Positions 47,350 to 55,674 of a DNA stretch of 64,000 nucleotides are shown here, one piece after another. Below the pieces are notes generated by a model. The model saw only the letters and a list, made by a program, of their open reading frames with translations. It had not been told where the DNA came from and made no database searches. A program made the position numbers and the translations under genes. Source of the stretch: a virus (taxonomy: Duplodnaviria; Caudoviricetes); the IMG/VR virus record IMGVR_UViG_3300017774_005022, positions 5,657-69,656 of that record; one strand, 5' to 3'. The first letter of the stretch is position 1. Every line of letters begins with the position of its first letter.

Positions 47350-47459
47350 GTTCGGGTACAGCTTTGTTTCACACTAGGGAACACATGAGGGGCGTTTTTC
47401 ACGCCTACGATAACCCTGTCGTGCGGGATCTCCCCGCACAGCATTCGCCGTACCCGAAC
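47350..47459 (-). ncRNA. Candidate multi-stem cis-regulatory RNA in the polA leader
   Basis: 13-bp closing stem (GTTCGGGTACGGC / GCTGTACCCGAAC) enclosing hairpins GTGCGGG-gagat-CCCGCAC and GGCGT-gaaaa-ACGCC; ends 15 nt before the ATG. Confidence 0.5.
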
Positions 47460-47468
47460 TGTTAATTA

Positions 47469-48227
47469 CTAGGCATTCGCCATGGAATCAAAGAATGCAA
47501 TAGCATCCTTATCATGCATTCCACGGAATGTCACCTCCGGAATAAACCAAGATCCCTTGGTATTTTTCTGGAGTTGGCTTGTCAGATCCCACTCGCCAAG
47601 CCAGAGACCATCACGAAGCTGGCTGTAACCTGCTTTGATGACCTTTTTACCGACTGACGTGAACGCGGTAGAGGCAACAGTGTACACAGCATTTGTGTAC
47701 TGTTTGCCATCATGTTCGCGGTAGAAATGACTAGCATGCTGCTCAGAGATGCTGTCCGGTTTGGCAATCGCCAAAAACAGATGAGCAATCTCTTGGAAGT
47801 AGTTAGGCTCGCCATAACGGAGTGACCCGCCGTTGTCTATAACTTCTTGCTGAGTAGTAAACACCAGTGGGGTAGACGGATCACCGTACTCCAACTTCTG
47901 TTTATACTGCTTAACAAGGCGCAAGACCGTAACTTTAAGAGCGTCTTTGCCGTTGCTAAGATTGACTTCTTTGTCGAATACAAAGGAGCCGGGAATCAAG
48001 CCCGAATCCACGAGTGGCCCAGTCTTTTGAACTAGGTTGATACGAGGAAGGATGATGTCCTTTGTTGTGATCTCGCCTTCGATGCCTCGGGCACCGCCGC
48101 TGATCACTTTGTTAGTTGAAGACATCGTGACCGCTTTTGATTCGGCACCAGCCGGAACGATCTGAGCTTCGATGATTTCAGGCTCGCTGATAACAGGAGC
48201 CGCGTTTTTGAACGATACAGTAGACAT
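47469..48227 (-). CDS. Putative ssDNA-binding / recombination protein
   Basis: DIILPRINLVQKTG motif and KNTKGSWF C-terminus; positioned between the nuclease and PolA. Confidence 0.55.
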   Translation of the reverse strand: MSTVSFKNAAPVISEPEIIEAQIVPAGAESKAVTMSSTNKVISGGARGIEGEITTKDIILPRINLVQKTGPLVDSGLIPGSFVFDKEVNLSNGKDALKVTVLRLVKQYKQKLEYGDPSTPLVFTTQQEVIDNGGSLRYGEPNYFQEIAHLFLAIAKPDSISEQHASHFYREHDGKQYTNAVYTVASTAFTSVGKKVIKAGYSQLRDGLWLGEWDLTSQLQKNTKGSWFIPEVTFRGMHDKDAIAFFDSMANA

Positions 48228-48251
48228 ATGGTTTACTTAGTTTCTAATGGT

Positions 48252-50693
48252 TTATTGGTTTTTATTTTTTCTTAGTTGATAGGAAACCCCTTCATCTTGA
48301 AGGACCCCTAAATCCCGCAACTTCCCTTCGAGGGCAGCGCGAGTTTTCGCCTTTGTGCCGCGAGCGGCTTTCTGGGCAAAAATGTCTTCCAACTTGGTCA
48401 CGGAGACCTTGTCGACGGCAGAGAGGAAATCACGCAAGTCCACGCTATCCTTAACGGCCTCGTACGCACCTAGCGCACTTGTAATTGTTCTTGGCTTGGT
48501 CATCTCAATGACCTTGAACCCCGGAAGCTCCAAACCTTGATCCACGGCCATTTCGGTAGCCCGTTTACGGACCCCTGTCGCCCATGATTCAATGATGGGG
48601 ACTAAGGTTAGTAGGTCGGAAACTTTTTTAGGATCATCTTGTTCAGAACCACGGACAGAGTCTGGGATGACCAGTCCTTCCGTGTCGTATCGTTTCGCAA
48701 TGAGAAGAGCTTTCTCGGCCAACGCGGTGCATCGTGCCTGATTGCCACAATAATCGCAAACTCCAGCTTGCGGATTAAACACACCACCCAATTTGGCACG
48801 TTCGATGACTGTTGACACACGTAACTTGATACCACCCATATCACTTCTTTTGTACGTATGCATTGATACCTCGTCCCGCGCTGGCACGAGAAAATACATG
48901 GTGATTTCGTCAATATTGGTAAATTTTTGGAATAGTCCCAGCACGTAAGCCTGACCTTGGATATTGATTTCGGCGTCATCGATTGCGCTGAATCCGGTCT
49001 TGTAATCGATCGCGTCCGCTACGCCATTGGCGTACGTGATAAACCGATCACAGGTGCCGAAAGTACTGCGATCCGCGCCTAGATCAATATTGACCTTGAC
49101 CTCGCGAAAATCTTTCGTCACCTGCCTACCCTTGCAAATTTGGGCTACATAACCTTGGAGCAATTCATAGATGGATCGTTCCTCGTCGTTAGCACATTTG
49201 GACGGGTCATCGAACTCCATCGCTTCGTGAATTCGGTCACCCTTTTCGGAAGCCCAGTTCTTGCCTTCGCGGTTGCGCCAGCTGGGGCAAATCTCCTTGT
49301 ATTTGAGACTTGAAGGCCCGTGCTCCGCGTGAAGTTTCTCTACCGTTTGTGTCGGTTTCTCATTCATGTGCGGGACATTGATACTCAGTGTTTCCGGTTC
49401 GGTCAAATCTTTTTCGTGCAGATCCGAAATATTTTTTAATTTAGCTCGAACGCTCGTTTCAACTTTCTCTTCAACCGTACCCGCCGCGAAGAGGATCCGT
49501 TGAACGCTGTCGCTTTGGGCTCCTGCTCGGTCAACCCGTCCGATGGTTTGGAGCATGTCTTTGGCGTTGTACGTTGGTGAAATAAGGGCCGTGCGGGGAC
49601 GAACTCCCTTGACATCGTGGAGCGAAACTCCCAGTCCTCCAGCGGCAATGTTGCATAAGATAACGTGTGTTCTGTCTGCGCAAAAGTTATCCACGGCTTT
49701 TTCTCTGGCTTCCGCTTTTTGACCACCTTTGATGACTTCGTAAGGGACTTTGAGCCGTTGCCCAATCGCTTCAAGCGTAGCATCAAAGTTGAGGAAGACG
49801 GCCACCGAATTGCCTGCTTTGATTTCGTCTTCGATGATTTCAACCGTTGCTGGTACTTTTGCAAGTTCGATTCCTTGTCTAGCTCGGAGTTGAGCAACAA
49901 GTTTTTGGGCGGCTTTGTTTTTGCTGTCTCCCTTGGCCCTTTGTTCGAGGGCTGAGAGTTCTTGGTCCATTTCGTCATAAATTTTTTGGATCTGACCCTT
50001 GTCTCCGAAGTCTAACGGGTCGGTGATAATGCGTGTGTTTTTGAAAAAGTCTTTGAGGTCGGCTCGCGTCATGCGATCGCCCCGCGTTGGGTAGAGTTCT
50101 TGGTTTATGCTGTCTAGTGCCCATCGCTCGTTTTGCTTGAACTCCAGCGCACCCCACGGGTTTACGTAGCAGCCACGAGTCTTGGCCCAGTTAAAGTAGT
50201 TTGAGAGGCTGTGCAGCCCAAGCACAAACCCGCTGGCTCGCATCTCGGTAGGATCTTCGCAAGCTGACGCCGAAAGCAAAAGGTTTACCCACTTCTTTGC
50301 CGAGATCAGCATTTTGGCGTTCTTACTCCATAGTCCTTGGCATCGATGAACCTCGTCCCAAATGATTAGTGCATCGTCCGGTATCGTGAACGTGAAGTTC
50401 TTTGCCGCCCAGTGGCCGAATCGTGTGCGACCCGTGCGCAATTTTTCGTAGTTAACGATACCGATCACCGAAACACCTTGTTCAGCTAAAGTTTTTTCCC
50501 ACGAAGGGATGACGATTTTAGGGCAGATGACAAAGGCTTTCTTACCAAGGGCCTTGGTAGTTTCGACGGCGCAAACAGTTTTACCAGTCCCCGTGTCGCT
50601 GGAGTCAAGCGCGGCGTTGTTACGCAGCAAAGCCGTGCAGATTTTTTGCACATGCGTTGCTTGGACTGGGTAGAGAGTTTTCAGCGGTTCCAA
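48252..50693 (-). CDS. SNF2/SF2 helicase fused to a Cas4-like PD-(D/E)XK exonuclease (DUF2800-like)
   Basis: SDTGTGKT, WDEVHR, LSAS, QTIGRVDR; then HAEHGPSS...ICP, GDRIHE, FGTCD...IDYKTG, QGQAY, CDYC...C. Confidence 0.88.
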   Translation of the reverse strand: MEPLKTLYPVQATHVQKICTALLRNNAALDSSDTGTGKTVCAVETTKALGKKAFVICPKIVIPSWEKTLAEQGVSVIGIVNYEKLRTGRTRFGHWAAKNFTFTIPDDALIIWDEVHRCQGLWSKNAKMLISAKKWVNLLLSASACEDPTEMRASGFVLGLHSLSNYFNWAKTRGCYVNPWGALEFKQNERWALDSINQELYPTRGDRMTRADLKDFFKNTRIITDPLDFGDKGQIQKIYDEMDQELSALEQRAKGDSKNKAAQKLVAQLRARQGIELAKVPATVEIIEDEIKAGNSVAVFLNFDATLEAIGQRLKVPYEVIKGGQKAEAREKAVDNFCADRTHVILCNIAAGGLGVSLHDVKGVRPRTALISPTYNAKDMLQTIGRVDRAGAQSDSVQRILFAAGTVEEKVETSVRAKLKNISDLHEKDLTEPETLSINVPHMNEKPTQTVEKLHAEHGPSSLKYKEICPSWRNREGKNWASEKGDRIHEAMEFDDPSKCANDEERSIYELLQGYVAQICKGRQVTKDFREVKVNIDLGADRSTFGTCDRFITYANGVADAIDYKTGFSAIDDAEINIQGQAYVLGLFQKFTNIDEITMYFLVPARDEVSMHTYKRSDMGGIKLRVSTVIERAKLGGVFNPQAGVCDYCGNQARCTALAEKALLIAKRYDTEGLVIPDSVRGSEQDDPKKVSDLLTLVPIIESWATGVRKRATEMAVDQGLELPGFKVIEMTKPRTITSALGAYEAVKDSVDLRDFLSAVDKVSVTKLEDIFAQKAARGTKAKTRAALEGKLRDLGVLQDEGVSYQLRKNKNQ

Positions 50694-50950
50694 CCCTTCT
50701 TAAGATGTCCAAAATCCCTAGGTTCCGTTACTTCGCACACTTCACCACAAATGCCACATTCATCAATGTGGTAGCAAGCTCCGTAGGGATTGCCTTCGGG
50801 TCTTTTCCCGTGGAGCTTACCGCAAGGATTGCAAATCCAATCCGGATACTTCTTACGGAAGATAGAATCGTAGTTTTTGCGATACTCGTCCCCGTTTACT
50901 GGACGGGGAGAGTCGCCTTTTCCTGCCTGACTTAGATCGTTAATAGCCAT
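50681..50950 (-). CDS. Small Cys-rich hypothetical protein
   Basis: GKGDSPRPV...NYDSIF plus CNPC...CGIC...TEPRDFGH. Confidence 0.6.
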   Translation of the reverse strand: MAINDLSQAGKGDSPRPVNGDEYRKNYDSIFRKKYPDWICNPCGKLHGKRPEGNPYGACYHIDECGICGEVCEVTEPRDFGHLKKGWNR

Positions 50951-51092
50951 GGTAAAAAATGTGACCCCCACACCAAGACCTTTAACAGGTCCCCCAAGTA
51001 TGAGAGGTCACTACACAGGGCAAGCTGTCAACATTGCGCGAGGTTCCCCCGAACCTTTTAATAATGTCCGCTTGTTCTCCCATATGTAAAAT

Positions 51093-51548
51093 TTAAATAA
51101 GTTCACGCTTGGCTGCGTGGTAAATTAGCAAGGCGTCCGCGTTCGCCAGAGTTACCTTGCGGTTTGGATAAAGCATTTGAGCTTTAGCCTTTAAATGGTT
51201 TTTCCACTCTGTTTTTGAACGCCCATTCGAGGTACCAAGCCCCAAGGCTTTCTGCCATTTTTGTGGTGTAACGTGCCTTATTTCGACACCCATTGCATGC
51301 GGTATAGCCTCTAAGTGCCCATAATTCTGACCGAAGTTAAACATAGCTGATCCCGGAGCACCTCTACCACCGATGTAGCCCCCCACTTTTTCGAGATAGA
51401 CCGTACAGTCTGCGACTTTAACGAGTTTTCGAAAAAGCTCAACCATGTCGCCAAGCGTATCCGGCATGTTAAAACAGTGCGGATCGTCGAGAGTTTGCCC
51501 TGCTACGAAGGCTCCAGATTTCCCCGGATCAATTGCTACGATAATCAT
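51093..51548 (-). CDS. RuvC-like Holliday junction resolvase
   Basis: IVAIDPG, VYLEKV, AMFNFGQNYG, VTPQKWQK, ADALLI. Confidence 0.88.
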   Translation of the reverse strand: MIIVAIDPGKSGAFVAGQTLDDPHCFNMPDTLGDMVELFRKLVKVADCTVYLEKVGGYIGGRGAPGSAMFNFGQNYGHLEAIPHAMGVEIRHVTPQKWQKALGLGTSNGRSKTEWKNHLKAKAQMLYPNRKVTLANADALLIYHAAKRELI

Positions 51549-51552
51549 TGGT

Positions 51553-51774
51553 TTAGTCGAAATGGAGGCAATGCTCTGTCTTCATTTGATTAATAAGCTC
51601 GTAAAGCTTTTCCACAGTAGCTGTATCCCAATCGGGATCAGTAGAATGGCGAATATGAGAACGAAGATGATTAGCAAACCCATCAAGAACAAAAAGAAAA
51701 TCGCTTGCTTTACAAGCCAAATCAAATTCCTGTCGCTCTTCGGGCAGTTTAAAGGAGAGGGTTCCATCAGCCAT
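51553..51774 (-). CDS. Conserved small phage protein
   Basis: TLSFKLPEE..EF..A...LR pattern. Confidence 0.6.
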   Translation of the reverse strand: MADGTLSFKLPEERQEFDLACKASDFLFVLDGFANHLRSHIRHSTDPDWDTATVEKLYELINQMKTEHCLHFD

Positions 51775-51780
51775 TTTATT

Positions 51781-52923
51781 TTAGGTTAGTGTAAGTACGT
51801 TGAACCACGTTTCAGCTTCGGATTTAGTCACGAGACCTTTGTAGTTTTGTTGGATAACTGTAGGTGAATTTCCACACTGTTCCGCTACTTCTGCTGCGTT
51901 TCGTGTTAAGGAAATTTGACACGAAATAAAAGTTTTACGCAACCCATTTTTTTTCCACGCGACCCCACTCCCACCCACCAGCTTTGAAATGTGGGTTGAA
52001 CAGCTATCCTGCAAAAATTTAGTGCAGTCCCTTAGTCTGGCTGTAACTGCGAGTTTTCGTAAGGTTTCTTCCACACATTTGGGAAAGTAAGCCACCCTAC
52101 CACGGTTGGTCTTGGTCAATTCTGGCCCAAGGATAAAAGCCCGTTCGTCCCAGTTGATGTCACTCCACTTCAAACGCTCAATTTCAGACATCCGGATACC
52201 CGCATACGCCCCCGCAATAAGCATGGGCAGGGATCGTTCGTCAGCCACAGCTACCAGTTTAGCCAGTTCCGCCGCAGTGAATAACTCAGGGCTTTTGTTT
52301 TTGAATTTCGGAAGTTCTGTCTCCTCAACACAGGATTTGTGGATGTAGTTCTGGTTTTTAGCCCATTTGAACAATCCACGAAGACTTGCCCGATGGTTAA
52401 ACCTAGTTCTCAGATCGATCATGTTCAACAGGTAGTCGTTTATTCCAGCGGAAGTTATCGCACTGATGTTGACACCTCCAAATTTAGTTGAAAATTTGTT
52501 CAAATGTTGTTGCAGAGTTTGTCGATATCTCGACCCTATGCCAGAATTGACCTTGACCGCTAGGTACCCCTGACATACTTTTTGAACCGTAATTGACGGC
52601 AGCAAATTGTGGGTTTGAGCGTAGTACTTGACTACCTCCTCTATCGGCACGTCCCCTACAACATGATCCCAACTTTTTTTGGACACAGCTTCCCGTTTAC
52701 GGGGTTCCTTGGGGGGATTACCTTCTCGGAACAATGTCATAATTTCAGTAGCTCGCGCCTCTGCGTCGAGTTGATCAGTAGTAGTTTCCCTAACTCGTTT
52801 ATCCCCTACGTACCACGAAATGGTGAACATATTACCACCGTCTTTAACTTGACGGTAAATAGTGATTTTGCCGTAGCGCGATTTGTGGACACGCGGCCAG
52901 TTCAGTGTTTGAGTCTGCTTCAT
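51781..52923 (-). CDS. int: Tyrosine recombinase / integrase
   Basis: AYAGIRMSEIERLKWSDI, TKTNRGR, NGLRKTFIS, GNSP.VI...Y; likely start ATG52923. Confidence 0.9.
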   Translation of the reverse strand: MKQTQTLNWPRVHKSRYGKITIYRQVKDGGNMFTISWYVGDKRVRETTTDQLDAEARATEIMTLFREGNPPKEPRKREAVSKKSWDHVVGDVPIEEVVKYYAQTHNLLPSITVQKVCQGYLAVKVNSGIGSRYRQTLQQHLNKFSTKFGGVNISAITSAGINDYLLNMIDLRTRFNHRASLRGLFKWAKNQNYIHKSCVEETELPKFKNKSPELFTAAELAKLVAVADERSLPMLIAGAYAGIRMSEIERLKWSDINWDERAFILGPELTKTNRGRVAYFPKCVEETLRKLAVTARLRDCTKFLQDSCSTHISKLVGGSGVAWKKNGLRKTFISCQISLTRNAAEVAEQCGNSPTVIQQNYKGLVTKSEAETWFNVLTLT

Positions 52924-52988
52924 GTGTTTAAAGTTGTGTGGGGCTACCTTGACTTCTCGGGCCAATCTTGTCAAAAACTTTTTTAACG

Positions 52989-54737
52989 ATGGCTTCAAAA
53001 AGTAAAATGGTGATGGTTTACGGACGGGAATTCCCTGCCGATATCACGTTGGTGACCTTGGAATTGAGTTGCCTCAATGATCCCCCTCCCCAGTCACCGG
53101 GGAAACTTTTCCACTTCAAACAAGTAGTGGATTTACTTTGGAACCATCCTGATTCCAAGATGCCGATCGAGTGGACGCCTTGGCTGGAGCGCATGATCGA
53201 GGCCGCTTTTGAACACAAGTACTTGGCGGTAGCTGGTTGCGCCAGTAGCGGTAAGTCCCAAGCGTACGCATTGTGGGCCATCGTAAATTTCCTCATGAAA
53301 CCTTGGGCCACGCTTGTTATCGTCACTTCAACAAGTTTAAAGGAGTCGCGGAAACGTATTTGGGGTGCAATTACCGACCTATGGCGAGCAGTTCCGGGGC
53401 TGCCGGGAAAACTAGTTGATTCAGTAGGCATGATCCGCATGGATGACGGCTCCGACACCAAATATGGTGATCGTTGTGGTATTGCCCTCGTAGCTGCTGA
53501 ACGTAAGAAAGAACGCGAGGCCGTGGGTAAATTGGTTGGTATCAAGCAGCAACGAGTGATTTTTATCGCAGATGAGTTGCCCGAACTCGGGGAGTCTATC
53601 CTCGAAGCCGCCTACACCAACTTGTCCAACAACCCATTTTTCCAACTCATAGGCATTGGCAACCCTGCCAGTTACTACGACCCCTTCGGTCAGTTCGCCA
53701 CCCCTAAAGACGGGTGGGGTTCAGTTACCGTGGAAGATGAGGAGTGGGAGACAGAACGAGGTCATTGCTTACACTTCGATGCACACAAGTCCCCTAACAT
53801 CATCGCCGGACACGTGGTGTACCCGTGGATGATAACCCCACAAAACCTTGCAGAAAGTGCGGATAAACTGGGAGACAACAGTCCCGGTTACTGGAGAATG
53901 TACCGTGGATTCTGGTGTCCGACAGGTTCGGATACCTCAATCTACAGCGAGTCTGACATCATCAAGTACGGAGCCGACCAGCGAGTTGAGTGGATTGACA
54001 AGCCCACCAAGGTAGCCGCTTTGGACCCCTCTTTCAGTGCTAACGGCGACCGCAGCGTTTTGTATTTTGGGTTTGTGGGAGTTAACATCAGTGGGAAGAG
54101 GGTTATTTGCCTTGATCACTACGAGGAGCTTCGAGAGGACGTGACCAACAAAGAGGAGCCTAGGGCTTTTCAAATTGCCCGACAATTTAAGGATAAGTGC
54201 GAAGCGTGGGGAGTAGCTCCCCAAGATGCTGCTTATGATGCCAGCGGAGGAGGTGCGCCCTTTGGTGACGTGGTAGATGCGCTCTGGTCCCGTAAGGTGC
54301 TTCGGGTGCAGTTCGGCGGTAAAGCCAGCGAAAAACCCGTGTCTCTAACAGACAGAGTACCGGGTCATGAGAGATACGCAAACAGAGTATCAGAGTTATG
54401 GTGGACAGGTAAGGAGTTGATACGGAATAAACAGCTATTCGGAGTGTGCCGGGAGTTGGTCCGAGAAATGACCGAACGACAGTACACCACGGAAAAAGGC
54501 TTGAGTATGCGTATACGAGTCGAAACCAAGTCGGATATGAAAGTTCGTATCGGCAAGTCTCCCGACATTTCAGACGCCGCTTTCATTTTAGTCGAGTTGT
54601 GTCGAACGAGGCACAAGCTAACCGCAATTGATAAAGTTGCCAACAATCCATATCAACAGGATGCAAGCTATAAAAAGTGGTTTAAAAAAGTTGACCTGAA
54701 CCGAAAAGCTAGTAAAACACTCACTTATGGGAGTTAA
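52989..54737 (+). CDS. terL: Terminase large subunit
   Basis: GCASSGKS Walker A, IFIADE Walker B, GIGNP, AALDPS...DRSV and SPDISDA nuclease motifs; start ATG52989 or 53007. Confidence 0.92.
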   Translation: MASKSKMVMVYGREFPADITLVTLELSCLNDPPPQSPGKLFHFKQVVDLLWNHPDSKMPIEWTPWLERMIEAAFEHKYLAVAGCASSGKSQAYALWAIVNFLMKPWATLVIVTSTSLKESRKRIWGAITDLWRAVPGLPGKLVDSVGMIRMDDGSDTKYGDRCGIALVAAERKKEREAVGKLVGIKQQRVIFIADELPELGESILEAAYTNLSNNPFFQLIGIGNPASYYDPFGQFATPKDGWGSVTVEDEEWETERGHCLHFDAHKSPNIIAGHVVYPWMITPQNLAESADKLGDNSPGYWRMYRGFWCPTGSDTSIYSESDIIKYGADQRVEWIDKPTKVAALDPSFSANGDRSVLYFGFVGVNISGKRVICLDHYEELREDVTNKEEPRAFQIARQFKDKCEAWGVAPQDAAYDASGGGAPFGDVVDALWSRKVLRVQFGGKASEKPVSLTDRVPGHERYANRVSELWWTGKELIRNKQLFGVCRELVREMTERQYTTEKGLSMRIRVETKSDMKVRIGKSPDISDAAFILVELCRTRHKLTAIDKVANNPYQQDASYKKWFKKVDLNRKASKTLTYGS

Positions 54738-54786
54738 GTCGGCAATCAAACCACTGCCGTAAACTTACCAAACTCGACAAAATCAC

Positions 54787-55674
54787 ATGCTTGTAATTAT
54801 CCCTGTCAGTGAAGCTGACGAGCAGATGGTCGGACCATCTTCGGAGTTGATCGCCAAACTAGGCGGCTGCCCCAATCATGATTTACTTGTGGTAGGTTCC
54901 ACAGATTGCCAGCCCTTGGTTAACGAACTCCACGCAAAGTTAAAAGGTCAATTCAGGGATACCTCCACTTACGTTTTCCAGTGTTTGGCGAGAGGTTGGC
55001 CGCTAGGACCTAATGCATATTTTCGCAATACTGTATCCTATCTGTACACAATAACAAATACGATTGACCAACCTTGGTATTGGTTTGAACTGGATAACAC
55101 ACCTCTCAAAAAAGGTTGGTTGGACGCCCTTCAAAAAGAATACGTTGCAGCACATGCGGTCTTCCTAGGAGCCAAACATGCTACTTACTATGTTGATCAA
55201 AATAACAAACTATTACCCAAAGGATATCACATGGCTGGTACGGGCATTTACCCCAAGAATTTCACGCAACTCTGTGATTTGTGGCGTTTTGAAGAGGGTG
55301 TAGCGTTTGATGTTTGGATTCAATGGGAGGTCATCAAGGCGGGGTTGACCGACACTCCTTTGATCCAGCATAACTGGAAAACTTGCAATTACCGTAGGGA
55401 GGGTGGGGAAATTGTCTGTGATAATTTTGACATGCCCCATCCAGATTTACACACCAACAAACCAATTTCTCCCGAAGCAGTTGTCGCCCATGGCTGCAAA
55501 GATCTTTCCTTGGCAAGGTTGCTTTTGTCTGAGCTAGGTGGTAATAAAGTCAAAACTAATTCTTCCCCCATTAGCGGGGATGTGGTAGAACCCGTTAAGT
55601 CAACAACCACCAAAAAGAAAATTGCGACAGATAGACGAGTGAAAAAAATTAAGAATAATTTAAAGCCTGAATGA
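54787..55674 (+). CDS. Putative glycosyltransferase-like protein
   Basis: VIIPVS start, WYWFELDNTPLKKGWLDAL, HMAGTGIYP, FDVW; basic tail. Confidence 0.45.
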   Translation: MLVIIPVSEADEQMVGPSSELIAKLGGCPNHDLLVVGSTDCQPLVNELHAKLKGQFRDTSTYVFQCLARGWPLGPNAYFRNTVSYLYTITNTIDQPWYWFELDNTPLKKGWLDALQKEYVAAHAVFLGAKHATYYVDQNNKLLPKGYHMAGTGIYPKNFTQLCDLWRFEEGVAFDVWIQWEVIKAGLTDTPLIQHNWKTCNYRREGGEIVCDNFDMPHPDLHTNKPISPEAVVAHGCKDLSLARLLLSELGGNKVKTNSSPISGDVVEPVKSTTTKKKIATDRRVKKIKNNLKPE

